A stretch of 64,000 nt of DNA from the human T2T-CHM13v2.0 reference genome, Homo sapiens: NCBI RefSeq assembly GCF_009914755.1, contig NC_060926.1; one strand, given 5' to 3'. A program made the position numbers and the translations under genes. Position 1 is the stretch's first letter, and every line of letters starts with the position of its first letter. Below are positions 16,313 to 30,680 of this stretch, one piece after another. Below the pieces are notes generated by a model. The model ran no database searches. It was not told the origin of the DNA and saw nothing but the letters and a program-made list of their open reading frames with translations.

Positions 16313-16367
16313 AGTGGTGATGGTGGTGGTGGTGGTGGTGATGGTGGTGGTGGTGGTGGTGGTGGTG
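16313..16367 (+). repeat. (GGT)n microsatellite
   Basis: Direct reading, with two GAT interruptions. Confidence 0.95.
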
Positions 16368-16540
16368 TGTCTTCCTAGGTCCTCTCAAATCACATCACAT
16401 GGTGGAGGGATAAAAAGAGGCAGGTAAAAAATAGCATTTGTTCTACAATTGATGAATGACTAAATGTCCTCTTGAACATAAAGAATTTATATTGGTAAAA
16501 GCTTCTCTGCTATGTGCATTAGTAAAAACAACAACATCGT

Positions 16541-16833
16541 GCCGGGCGCGGTGGCTCACGCCTGTAATTCCAGCGCTTTGGGAGGCCAAGGCGGGTGGAT
16601 CACAAGGTCAGGAGATCGAGACCATCCTGGCTAACACGGTGAAATCCCGTCTCTACTAAAAATACAAAAAATTAGCCAGCGTGCTGGCAGGTGCCTGTAG
16701 TCCCAGCTACTCGGGAGGCTGAGGCAGGAGAATGGTGTAAGTGAACCCGGGAGGCGGAGCCTGCAGTGAGCCGAGATCAGGCCACTGCAATCCAGCCTGG
16801 GGGACAGAGCAAGACTCTGTCTCAAAAAAAAAA
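16541..16833 (+). mobile_element. AluY-type
   Basis: ggagatcgagaccatcctggctaacacggtg diagnostic segment; poly-A. Confidence 0.9.
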
Positions 16834-17954
16834 ATCGTTTGCTGATTTAGAACTCTTCTTAAAGAGCCTCCATATGTTTAAAGAGCCATGCCTTATGACT
16901 GTATGACTATAATTTTATAAAGCGCTTTCCCTACAGTATCTTACTAAATCCTTTCAGCAATCCTGGAAGTACCATCATTATCTTTATTTTGCATATTCAA
17001 GTTCTGAAAGCCTGGTTTGCTCCAGTAAGTAGTAGAGCTAGGACCAAAACCCAAGTTTTGGTTGGGTTTTCAGCCCTGAATCTTTCAGCCCTGAACCTTT
17101 TCATAGCTGCCTCTGACTTCACAGCTCACTGCATAAAGCCTTCTTCAGACCCATCCTCTGTCAGCATCGTCTAGTCTAGCCTGTCAGGTATTTTGGCCTC
17201 CACAGGAGATCCTATTCTCAATGTTTGTAAATATTTAGCTAAATCTGTAGCAGACATCTGGTTTCATAATGAGAAAGAGCATTTTTGTTTTCATTAGGGA
17301 AAAAGAGCATGACTGGGCGCAGTAACTGCAGTTTTCATCGTGGAGAAAAAGAGAGTGAGACTTGAACTTGAAAAAGTGAAGCCAAGCAGTGCAGTTGGCA
17401 GGTGGAGGGTGGGGAGGAGGGAGAATAAAGACAAGTCAGGAGGAGAGAGAGGAAAATGATGCACAGAGAAAGAGGGAAGAGGCAAAGAGAAAGGAAGGGA
17501 GCCTGGACAGCAGAGGGGTCTCCTTCAGGAAACAGAGTTGAAGTGAAATAGTGTAATCCCCAGGTGGCAGGTACAACATTTCTCAGCACAATGACTCTGA
17601 ACAACTTAATTCTTTCTTAGGGGAAGTAGTTACACGGAAAGTGTAATGTGTGCTGCACATTTGTAGTTGTGATACCATCAGAAAGAGGTACTTGCTGTGG
17701 AAAGAACTTCTCAACCCCTCCATGTAATGACCCTTGGAGAATGCATTATCAAAGCAGAGTCCTGCAGCCTGAAAGTAAACAGCATCTACTTAGAAATACA
17801 GTGACATGTAAACTTTCCCCAAATCAACAGTGAAACCAGTAGCAATAACTTTGATGAAACAAAGGGGCATTGCCGAGCTGTCAGGACACAACAGAGCACA
17901 ACAGAACAGCCCCAGGTAAATATTGATAAATTAGGTTGATCTGTGTATTCTTAG

Positions 17955-18302
<348 letters not shown>

Positions 18303-19589
18303 TTGTTTTTTTTTAAGTGATTTTTGAGGGCAGTTTTATGGGCAGAAAAGACTCTTCGTGAATTTATTTTGATTTTAAAATTACTATTCAATTTTTCAAA
18401 GTTAAAAATGTAAAAAATCTAGTTTATTATAAATTGAAGACCAGCTTAAAAATCATATAATACCATTTATATGTCTAGCACATTTTAACAAACTTCAACA
18501 CTAGGTTACTCCACTTACAAATTTGGCAAACTAAATATTTTAAGGTATTTTAAACCGCATTTATACATTTACTGTATTTGATTTTTCTTCTTAAGAACTT
18601 TGGCTAAAACCTTCCCAAGTAATGAATTAATTCTTATAAATTTAAGTTCTCTTAGAAATTTTGACGCTACATATAAGCTTAAATATTGGATATAAACTTA
18701 GTAAGGATTTCACTTAAAATCGTAAATCTAAACAATTTCCAATTATACCTTTTTAAAAAAGAGTTACATGACTTATTCTAATGGGTCAATATTTTAGGCA
18801 TCACAAATACATAATTGCAAATATATAGATTCCTTAAATTATACCATGGTCTTGATTCTTATTACATAGATGTGTACATACCTTTCTACCCAGGTCTAAA
18901 TACCACTGAATTCAAAATGAGTCTTGCATTCTAAGTACTTCGAAATTCTTAATGGGTATTAAAAAGTGACCCAGTTGCTTATGGATAAACCTCATAATTT
19001 GCCTTGATACTTGGTCACAAATTAAAGGTCATTCTACTGACAAATTACTTGTATACAATCTACAAAACAAATAGCATGCAATTCTCATTACAGCACACGT
19101 GTTCAGACTTTAACAAAGCTGTTTGAAGTCTACATCATCTCCTGAGTTAGAGAAGCCCCAATTGCCACATACAGATACTTAGTACTGTCATACAGAGTCA
19201 CATATCTACTGGATTCTACCTGGATCTTAGGATCAAGATGCTTGTACTCAGACAAACAAATTAGGAAAGTAGCCTCCTTTGCAGAGTGGTCTAGGGGTGT
19301 TACGAGCCAAAAAATCATTCACGGTTTTATGGTTAAGAAGTGAGATGATCTGTAATGAAACCTCACAGAGATTCTGTTAAATAACAAGTGCCCAAAAGCT
19401 ACTTGGAAAAGGAGTAGACTGAAGAGAAAATGAGAGAATCAAAAATAGTTTTAATTTCCTGTTAGAATCATCTCCTTTACTTTACTCTTGCATGTGTAAC
19501 TGTGGAGGAGATTGTAAACATTCCCTTAGCTAACTGTACTTGTTACTCTTGATCAACATCCCTTAGTAACTGTGTATATGTGATGCTTC

Positions 19590-19800
19590 ATGCATTAGTC
19601 AGAGTTGAGAACAAAAACAGAGTAGCTCAAACAAAACATAGGTTTATCTGTCCCTCATGTAACAACACATGGGTAGCCAGGTGCTCTAGGGATGGTAGAT
19701 GGATCTGCTTCATGAAGTCACTCAGAATCCCCAATTCCTCCTACCTTGCTGCTCTGCCCTGTGTGGTCCTCATCTGTCTCACCGCTGAAGCCACCTTGCA
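19590..19800 (-). mobile_element. Old MLT1 fragment
   Basis: agctcaaacaaaacataggtttat...cctaccttgctgctctgcc resembles MLT1 antisense. Confidence 0.45.
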
Positions 19801-21175
19801 GTTCACCTAGAAGAGAATATGTACTGTTTCTGCCAAATCTGTGCTATAGATACTAGATGCTTTTAATGGAGAGGTTAGCCAAGAAACATGACATTTCTCT
19901 TATAGGTAATAAAATACTTCTCTCTAAAGAAATACTTAGTTTAAAATTTTATTCTGCTATAGTTTTAGCAGTAGGATAAAAGCTTAGTTTGCAGAAGCGG
20001 AAATTATCCTATATTTAGGCAAAGTGAGCTATCTGTGTGTTATGATTAGAGAGAATACCAAGAAGTGATTTCCTTCCTTAAAATAACTTCTCCAAATTTC
20101 CACCATTAACTACCCATTCTTCAACTCTCTCAATTTTTCTTATTCCTCCCATGGAGGGAGTGCATGTATTTAATTACTAACTTTACTAGTATTATATAAT
20201 CTATGCTCCAAAATGGTTAGTCTACAATTAGTAGAGGGATAAGTCTTTAGGGTTGGAAAGAAAAAACAGTTATTAAAGATCTACTATTGCTGGATGTCAT
20301 ACTAACTCTTCTTACTTATTATGTTATTTATACCACCTAACAGTTTGATAATATTACCCATCCCCCCGCTTTTTTTTTTAAGAGATAAGGCATATATGAC
20401 TTATATAGAGTTTAGGGGATTTTCCTCAAGATTAGACAGTTAGAAGTCTCTTGGGTGGGAGAGCAGTTCTAGGGGAAAAGGAAAGATAAGAAAGACAAGT
20501 CAACTACTTTGAGTAAAGACCTCTGGCTGAGCAGGTCATTGTGTATTCCCAGAATTTGTCACCAACTAGTTGTGTGGTTTTGGACATACCCCTTCACATC
20601 ACCTCAATGTCACCTTTGGTAAAGTGAAAGAATTGGTTGTAGATATTCTTTAAATTATCTTTTATTCAGGCTTTCTACAGCCCAATTCTCTCAATTTTGA
20701 CTTTTACTTAGAATTTTGGGCAAACACTAGCTGATACAATCCATTTACCAAGATGTTTATCTGATGACATTTTCATCAAGTTTCTAAAGATGCCATATTG
20801 TCTTTCTGGCAGGCTTTTGGAAAGTGTTCAAGATCTCCTGTTTTATTTTCACAGTTGGCCCCTGAGCCTCAAGTGTAAGCAGAGCTGGGCTGAGAGGCTT
20901 AGGTCCTCCTGGCTGATGTCACTAGGCTGAGGGGCCTTGGGGAAGAAAACAAATTTCTCCCAGATTCAACCCTCCAACCAACTGCAGGTCCTGGAACAGT
21001 GAGTAACTCCTTTACTCAGAAGCTGAACATTAAAAGTCTTTTCTGATTCTTACCAACTTGGCACATAAGAAATACAGTCATTTCCTCAAATACATTTTTA
21101 TTATGAGGGTACTGAACATTGTATTTATTGGTCATTTGCATTTTTTGTAAATTGTAGATTTTTAAAAACCTCTTT

Positions 21176-21487
<312 letters not shown>

Positions 21488-22959
21488 ATTTTTGTATTAA
21501 CTAGTAAAGTCTCCTGATACATTAAGAATATTAAAGACAGGCATATAGTGAGGTTTTTTTGTTTAGTTTCCATATGCCTTTTAATTTGTTTAAGGATATA
21601 GTCATTTGTTTAGACTATAGGTAAGGAATAGTTATATCTTTTGTTCCAGAAAGTTTCAGATTTTGAGGGAATATTACTATTCCTAAGGTTTTATTGACAT
21701 ATAAATTTTAAAAATATTATGTAATGAGAGCTATATATATATATTCTTTTTTTGTGCATTTTATCATGGGTACTAGGTTAAGTGTCTGTTTCTATGAACA
21801 TACAACTTACTTAACATATGACTTGGAAACAGAACATGCATAGTAAATGTTTCTCAAGTAAATAAGTAAAAGTATATGAGAAACAAATGTGCTGTTTACA
21901 TGTTGTCATAGGAATCATCTTAGCACTAAATGGATAATTAGGATCCAGGTTCATCCTTGGGCTTGGCACAAATGAGCTTGGACAATCTGAAATATGGATG
22001 GTTGATAATAGGTAATTAGGTTTAAATTATACCAGGAAACTGAAGAACATTCAGAAAATGGTTACAGATAATTACAGAAGGTTGCATTACAGAGGAAAAA
22101 TTTCTCACAGTGAGAGACAATTGGCCTCACATGCCTTTACTGAGGCATACATTGTGTCATAATTTCCTTTTATTGCACCTTCAACATTTTGAAGGGAATT
22201 AATTGTCTGAATTAGGCTAGATGTCATTTTTTTCTTGGAATTAGAAGAAAGATTGAGTAACCCCTTATGTTTATCTGGAACATGTCTTTCTGTGCATTTA
22301 AAAATCTCAGAGCCCTTCAGAACCTTGCCCGTGACCCGTCATTGGGAATATCTTAAAAATGTGTGTGTGTGGGTGGGTGTGTGTGTGTGAATATAGGAAT
22401 GAGGGAACACTGTCGTAGACAGATATATCTGAAGCTTATCTTTTGGTTTAGGGCATTTGGTCTTGCATCACCTTTTAAGTCTTATGCTATCCTTGACTTT
22501 TGAACAGAACAAACTTCTAGATTTTTGTATGTTCTAAGTTCTGCCTTTGCAGTATTAGAGGTCTATTTTCCCAGACTAGGGACTGGAGTGTTTAATCATC
22601 ACTGTCATGTAGACCTAATATAGAAATACAAATGCAATAAGAAAAATGTTGAGAAATTAAAGTCAGAAACATATTTGTTGTGATACATGTTCAAAAATAA
22701 TATATTTCATTGCAGGAAATAGCAAATCCAGAGAAATAAAAAGAAAGAAAAAAAATAATCTGCATTTCTACGCATGCAGCTAACCATTGCTGAGATTTTG
22801 GAGTCCTTGTTTCCTAGGCACGTTTTCCTATGTCTGTGTGCACACATGTATGGGATGTTGCATATGTGTATGTGTGCATGTGTTTACACATGTATTTGCA
22901 GGTATGTGTTGATTATTATACATTGAGTCATAATGTATATTACATTTAAAATTTCCTGT

Positions 22960-25900
22960 TTTTACGGCTTTATTAAGGTATAATTGAGATATGAAAAATT
23001 GCATACACTTAAATTGTACAGTCTAAGTTTTGTCGTATGTATACACACCAGTGAAACCCTTACCACAATCAAGATAATGAACATACCCATCCCCCGTAAA
23101 GCTTCTACACCCCTTTCGAAGTCCATCCTTCAACTTCTCCTACCGAATCCACAGGCATCCACTGACCTGATTTCTGTTACTATAAGTTTGTTCACATTTT
23201 CTAGAAATTGATATAAATGGAATAATACAGCATGTGCTTGTTTCTCTCTGGCTTCTTCTATTCTGCGTAATTATTGTGAAAGTCATCCATATGATTGCAT
23301 TTATCAGTACATTCATACTATTGCATTTATCAATATGTCATTCTTGTTGATTGTTTATCATATTCCCCTATTATCTTCTTAACATCTATAGAAGCTTAGT
23401 GGTGTCAACTCTCTTTTTCTTGATATTAGTAATTTGTGTCTTCTTTCTTTTTTCCTCAGTCAGTGTGACTAGAGAGTTATCAACTTTATTAGTCTTCTCA
23501 ACAAACCAGCTTTTGGCATCATTGATTTTTCTTTATTGTTTTTCTGTTCCATCTCACTGTTTTCTGCATTGATTTGTATTATTTCATTTTCTTCTGTTTT
23601 CTGTGCTTTCTTTGCTCTTCTTTTTCTAGTTTTTTAAGGTGGTAACCAATATTGATTTATGACTTTTATTATTTTCTAATGTATGCCTTTAGTGTTGTAA
23701 ATTTCCCTCTTTAGTGGCATATCCCAAATTTTGATATGTAGTGTTTTTGTTTCCATTTAGTTCACAATACTTTCTAACTGCCCTTTTGATTTTTTGTTTG
23801 CACCATGGGTTATTTAAAAGTGTATTATTTAGTTTTTGCACATTTACAAAGTTTCTATATATTTCTTTTATTGATTTTGTGATTTAATTCCACTGTTGTC
23901 AAATAACACACTTTGTATGCCTTGATCCATTTAACTTATTGAGACTTGGTTTTGGGACTGGAATATGCTCTCTCATGGTAAATGATCCTTGTATGCTTAA
24001 GAAGAGTGCTTATTCCAGTGCTGTCAGGTGGAGAGTTCTATAAATAACAATTAGGTCTACTTGCTTAACAATGGTTTTCAAATTTTCTATATCTTTACAG
24101 ATTTTTCTGTTTCTTCTATCAATTACTGAAAGAAGAATATTGACATCTCTGACTGTAACTCAAGATTTGTCTATTTCTCCTTTCATTTTTATCAGTTTTT
24201 TCCTCATGTATTTTGAAGCTCAATTATTAGAAGCATAAACAGTATTGTTATATTCTTCAGATAAATTGACCCCTTTATCATTATGGAATAACTCCCTTTA
24301 TTCCTGGTTATATATAATATATGGAATAACTCTCTTTATTCCTGGTTATACATAATATATGGAATAACTCCCTTTATTCCTGGTTATATATAATATATAG
24401 AATAACTCTCTTTATTCCTGGTTATGTATAATTTTAGAGCAATATATAATATGCATATTTTTTGTCTAATCTTATTATAGCCACTCCAGCCACGTTTTGA
24501 TTGGCATTAATATGGAATATCTTTTTTCTTTCTTTTGCTTTGAAACTTGTTGTGTCTTTGTATTTAAAGTTGGATTCTTGTTGGCAAAATGTTGTTGGGT
24601 TTTCCTTTTTAAATCCAATCTGAGAATCTCTAGCTTTTAGTTGGGGTGTTTGGAGATCATTTATGTTAATGTGATTGATAGTTTGGGCTTAAAATTCTTC
24701 TCTTGCTATTTGTTTTCTATTTGTCCCATCTGTTCTTTGTTCCTCATTTATCCTTTTTGTGTCTTATTTTGGATTACTTGTTTTTTTTTATAATTCCAAA
24801 TTTTCTCCATTGTAAGATCGTTCTCTATAGCTCTTTGTTGTGATATTGTAGTGGTTTCTCTAGGGTTATCTGGAGTTAGTATACATCTTTAAATAACACA
24901 GTCCACCTTCAAGTGATATTGTACCAATTCACTGATAATTTAAGAGCTTTACAACAGTGAACTTCCATTTCTCTTCTCTGGTCTTTGTGCTGTTGCTGTC
25001 ATACATGTTGCTTCTACACCCCTATTATAAAACCCACATTATATTGTCATTACTTTTGCTTCGAACAATCAATTATCTTTTAAATAATTTAAACAATAAG
25101 AAATAAAAGTCTTTTTATTTACCCCATAGATGCCATTTCTGGTGCTCTGCATCCCTTCCTGTGGATCAGATCTCTGTCTGGTATCAGTTCTTTCTACTTG
25201 GAGGACGTTCCTTTCACATGTCTTGTAGTACTTGTCTGTTACTGACAAATTGCTTCAGCTGTTGTATGCCTGAAAAAGTTTTTATTTCGTCTTCACTTTT
25301 GAACAATATTTTTATTAAGTAAAAAATTCTAAGGTGACTTTTTCTTTCAGTCATTTAAAGATTTTATTCTGCTTGCATTGTTTCTGATGAGAAATCTGAT
25401 GTCACCCTCTCCCTAGTTCCTCTATAGTAACATGGTTTTTTCTTTTCTCACTTTTAAGAGTTTTTCTTTATCACTATTTTTAGTGTTTGAGTTTCTGGGT
25501 ACTTCAGGGTTTTATACTTTTCATCAAATTTGCAATATTTTGGCGTTATTTCTTCACATAACTTTTTTTCTGTCCTTTTGTTCACTCCTTTCCTCCTGGA
25601 ACTTCAATTATACTTACATTAGATGACTCGAAATTTCCCCACAATTCACAGATGCTGTATTTTTTTCAGATCTGTTTTCTTTCTGTATTTTATTTTGCGT
25701 AGTTTCTATTCCATACAATATATTTTTCATCTGAAATGTAGCTTTTATCTGTAGATGTTTTATTTAGGTCTTTTTAAAATCTGCCATATCTCTGCTTAAC
25801 ACAATATTTCATATAGGTTTTTTTTTCACATATGGAATTTGGATATAATAGCTGTTTTCATGTCCTTTTCTACTTATTCTATTTATCTATGTTAATTCTT

Positions 25901-26692
25901 TGCTAGTTTTGATTGATTGATTCTTCTCTTTATTAAGGGTAGTATTTTCTGCTCCTTTTTATGCTTGAAAATTTTTTATTGTATGCCAGACAATGTTAAT
26001 TTTAACATATTGAGTGCTGAATATTTTTCTATTTCTATAAATATTTGAGCTGTGCTCTGAATTACTGTTATGTTGCCCTGAAACAAGTTTGACATTTTTG
26101 GGTCTTCCTTTTAAGTTTTTTTTATGTGTAACCAGAGTGACATTTAGCCTGTGGTTAATTTATACTACTATTGAGACAAAACTCATGAGTTATGTCATTT
26201 TCCATTTTGAATAGTGGGCACAGGTACTATTTCTGACCCTGTAAGAGTTGTGGTAATTGTTCCCTCTGATCGTTTTGGGTGGTTCTTTCTTTGACCACAG
26301 ATCACTTCCTCAGAAGCATGAACTCGTCAGTACTGAGCTGAGTAACTGAAGAGGGCGCTGCAGATATCTCTGTAGTGATCTCCTCAGTACTCTGTGAACT
26401 CAAGTCACCTTAGCCTTTCCAGACTCCCAGCTCTGATTCCTCATCTCGGAGAGACCACTGGACTTCATCTCTCTTCCTCTTCTCTTTGCCAGAGTTCAGA
26501 AACTCTCCAGGCAGTAACCAGGGCAATTGCCAGCCTCTTTTTTTGCTTCCCATCTCTCAAGGTTCACCGTCGTCCACTGCCTGATGCTTATATCTTGAAA
26601 GCTGTTGATTCATACGTTTTGTTCAGTGTTTAGTTATTTAAGTCAGGAGGGTAAATCTTATTCCTATTACTCTATCTTGGCTGGAAGTAGAA
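22960..26692 (-). mobile_element. Old L1M antisense (3'UTR, ORF2, ORF1-region pieces)
   Basis: T-rich; ggctttattaaggtataattg 3' end; ttttaaatccaatctgagaatctc ORF2-start antisense; gcattgtttctgatgagaaatctgatgtca ORF1 antisense. Confidence 0.8.
24283..24432 (+). repeat. 38-bp minisatellite, about 4 copies
   Basis: atggaataactc(c/t)ctttattcctggttata(t/c)ataatat starting at 24283, 24321, 24359, 24397. Confidence 0.93.
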
Positions 26693-27944
26693 ATCACAAA
26701 ACTTGCCTCTAAACAAAGTATATCACAAACATTTTCTATTTATTTAAATATTATTAGTCTACATCATTTTGGATGACTACAAAGTATTTTATTATTTAAA
26801 AATACCATATATTAATTAATACTTTATTTTTTATATTTCGTTTTTTCCTGCTATTGTTACAATGTTGTGAATGAGCAGATAAATATTTTTGAATATCCAT
26901 GATTATCTCAACTGTATTAGTAGAAGAGAAATTGCTGAGTTAAGGGGTATTTTGATGCAGATTTCCAAATTATCGTCTAAAAAGGTTGCACCGATTTATA
27001 TACTTATTATCTCTCCAAATATCTGGGTATTATTATTATAATTTTTTTAAACCTCCAAGCTTCATAAGTAAAAATGGCACATTTATTGGTTTTAATTAGC
27101 ATTTTTATTTCTTTTGATGTATAATATTTTAATTAGTTTATTGAAAATCTCTGTCCTTCCTTTTTGAATTTAGTTTATATCTTTTGCATATTTTAAAGTT
27201 TAGATTGTTGTCTTTTCTGTTATTAATTTATAAAATATTTGTGTTGAGTGTGTGAGTGCATGTGCATGCATGTGTATGCGTATGTGTGTGTTTGTAACAT
27301 TTTCATCAGTTTTTTGCTTGCCCTCTATTTATGGTATTTTCAGATGTGATTAGATTTATTTGGTCTTTGACATTATGATTTCTGTCTCTATCATTGAGTT
27401 TAGAAGGCCAATATTATTCCTACCTCATTACCAAAGAAATACTTAATTCTATCTGCTTACAGATTTAACTTTTTTCTTTTTCCTTTTAAATCTCTAATAC
27501 ATTTGGAATTTAATTTTCTTACTGATTAAACTTTACTTGTATATGTTTATATTTTATAATGATAATATTAAACCATTTGTAATGCTTAAATTAAATATTA
27601 AATGGTCATAACACCATTTATTTAAAGCCTATTCTTTCTTTCAGGTTTGATATACTGACTTTTTCATCATGTTGATAATCTTGTGATATATTCCTGTTAA
27701 TGCTCCATTGGTTTCTACATTTTTTATCCTGTTCTTATAAGTTGTCTGTCTCCTCCTGTGGCTGTTCTATTTTATTTTAATTACTGAAACTTTATTGGAC
27801 AATAGTAAGCTCAGAAGAGAATATCTGTAGGACAACAGTAGGCTCAAGGAGAAATCATCTGTTCTCCTAATCTTTTACTATTTTTCGTATTTTCCTGACT
27901 GATCTTCAGTATTTCTGGAAAATTGACAAGCAATGCAGATTTTG

Positions 27945-28165
27945 GATAATAGTGCAGGCTTCACTTTCATTGTGCCTGGGTTCAAATCCCAGCTTCTTAG
28001 CTGACTGGCAATGTGACCCAGCAAATTTATTTACTTTGGCATGGCTCAGTTTTCTTATCTGTAAAGTAAGGGTAATAGTAGTCCCTATATTATAAGTTTA
28101 TTATGATGATTGTGTGGGTGGAACCCGTGTGTGGCACACACCGGCACTTAGTGAGAAGTTAGCTT
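27945..28165 (+). mobile_element. MIR
   Basis: cctgggttcaaatcccagct...ctcagttttcttatctgtaaagtaagggtaatagta. Confidence 0.8.
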
Positions 28166-28357
28166 TGCCATTTTCCTTTATTCTTCACTTTAATTTTAGA
28201 ATTATTTTGTCAACTTCAAAAAAGTTCATTATGAATCTTATTACTGAGTCTTCTCTAGAAGCATGACATGACTCTTCATTCACTTGTTTTCTTTTGCGTC
28301 TCTCGGGAAGTTTTGCATTTTCTGTTGTGTATATATAATATTTGTACATTATATCTA

Positions 28358-28358
28358 A

Positions 28359-28394
<36 letters not shown>

Positions 28395-28409
28395 AGATAT
28401 ATATATATA
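28358..28409 (+). repeat. (CTAT)n then (AT)n microsatellite
   Basis: Direct reading. Confidence 0.9.
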
Positions 28410-29934
28410 CTTGCACAATTATATCCACATACACTCTAAGAAATAAGGCCAGCAGAAAATATGTGGGTATGTTAGACTATAATTATCTCTGAGTATTAGG
28501 TTATGAGAATTTTTTCATTTGTAGTATTCTATACATTTTAAAACTTATTAACTGAGCATTACTGATATAAATCAATAATTTTTAAGTGACTTTTGTGCCC
28601 TACTACGCTGGTGCTGTGTGCTTCAGACTGAAGGGCAGTGCCTGTTAGATCTTATGTGCTACATGTTACACAAGTACTTTGGGAAATAAGCTGTTGTTTT
28701 AAAAAATGTGTCATCAATTTCTAGAGAACTGGACATAACTTTGAAGCAAAACAATTTTAAGTGGATGACTAAAATCCTTCCTGAAAACGCATGCCTGTGG
28801 TCCCTGTGAAATCACCTTTTCTCCCCCTTTCCTAATCTCCTTTCCCTCCTAAATCTAAATTTTCTTGTAATGCTTCAAAATATCTGGACTTGATCTCAGA
28901 AGATATTCTGTCATGCATATTGACAGGACTGGGTACTTTCAGCAAAACAAAGGACATCTTTAAATTTTTACCAGCCCCAGATAGAAGTGTCTAGAGTTCT
29001 AGATTTTAGGAGAAATACAGCCATGAAGGAAAATGTTGACATTTATTTCAACGTTTCAACAGGAGGAAAGAATGAGAACACAATGTACAGATCAGCCTTT
29101 CCTCTCATGTTCTTACAATGGGAGAAGGAGAGAGGGTATTTGAGACACCAAAGCATGAAAGCCATGACACAGGGAAAATACTGAGAACATAACCTACAGA
29201 TCAGATTTTCCTTTTATGCTCTTACCATGTCATAAGGCAAAGTGCTTGTTTGAGATTTCAGGGCACAAGAGCCACTACAGCAGGAAGGCGTCGCATCATC
29301 GGAACATTTGTGATCAAAGAGAAGACTGTCTGCACAAAGCACGGACTGCAGCCAAGGGGTCCTTCACCCACTGTTCTCACAAATGCTTGCCTTTGCTATC
29401 ACAACTGCTATTGCCAGCTGGACGCTGAGTGTCCCCTCAGGGTTCATAGAGATCTGTCTCCCTGAGGTCTCTTAGGTGCTGCTGCTGACCAGTAGTAACT
29501 TGGTGAAGACCCTCGATTGTGAGGACATTGTGGTGAAATGTTGCTTTCTTGACAAAACAAATGTGTTTCCTTCTGATCCATGAACAAAGATCTGTTGAAT
29601 AAATATTATGAGCGTGTAGAAGGGAGAGACTTTATCTGATCAGACTAGGGAAAGGGTGCTTTTAATATCTGTGGAACAATCTGTAAGATCGGACGTTTCC
29701 TCTGATAACAGAAACTCCAGAGTTACAAGAGAAATGGCTTCCTGACATCACAGACACTAAAAGGCCTTCTGAGTAGGAGTAGCAGTTGAATTTTTGACTA
29801 CTATGTAAGGGAAATACAGTACCAAAAAAAAAAAAAACCCATGGAGATCAAGTCATTTCTTACTAGCAAGTACCCCTGACTTCTACGTATTTGTTGTTAG
29901 ATCCACAAAGAATATAGTATAACTTCATTTTCTA

Positions 29935-30444
29935 TCAACTATTAGGGATCTATAGTGCCATAACAAAGTACTCTAAAATTTATCAGCTTAAACAGTAAAC
30001 CTTTATTATCTCACATGGTTCCTGAGGGTCAGGAATCTGACAGTGACCTAGCTTGGTGATTCTGCCTCGGGGGTGCTCATGAAGTTGTGGTCAAGCTGTT
30101 GACTACACTTTTTCATCTCGGAAGACTTGACTGCAACTGAGGGACTTGCTGCTAGGGTCACTCATGTGGCTGTTGGCAGGAGGCTTCAGGACCTGTCTGT
30201 GTGGAGCACTCTCTGGGGCTGCCCTCGAGATGGCTTCTCTCAGAGGGGGTGATTCAAGAGACAGAGTCCCAGACAAGTACAGGATGCCTTACATAACCTA
30301 ATCTTGGAAATGGCACGTGATCACTTATTCCATATTATATTGATGACATAGACCTGACCTGGTACAGTGAGGGAAAAGACTACACAAGGATATAAACACC
30401 AGGATGCAGAGATCAGGGGGCCATCTTGGAGGCTGCCTGCCACA
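29935..30444 (-). mobile_element. MLT1 solo LTR, antisense
   Basis: tttattatctcacatggttcctgagggtcaggaatct...ggccatcttggaggctgcctgccaca. Confidence 0.8.
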
Positions 30445-30643
30445 GCTATTAAAGGTAATTTGTTGACAACTCACAATTTCTAGCTACCCAGTTGCTCATT
30501 CTTTTGCTTAAACTATTCAAGGCTGGTGGGGGACATGTGAATCCTGTTAAAATGTGGAAAGATCTAAATGTGTTTTATAGAAAAAATTGAGTAAACTTTT
30601 TTTGCTTAATAAGCAAAAGAATGATGAGGAAGGAAGGGGCAAT

Positions 30644-30678
<35 letters not shown>
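30644..30678 (+). repeat. (TG)n(AG)n microsatellite
   Basis: Direct reading. Confidence 0.9.

Positions 30679-30680
<2 letters not shown>

Noticed and set aside
24283-24432. CRISPR-like array
   Set aside because: Head-to-tail tandem units without unique spacers, in human L1 sequence
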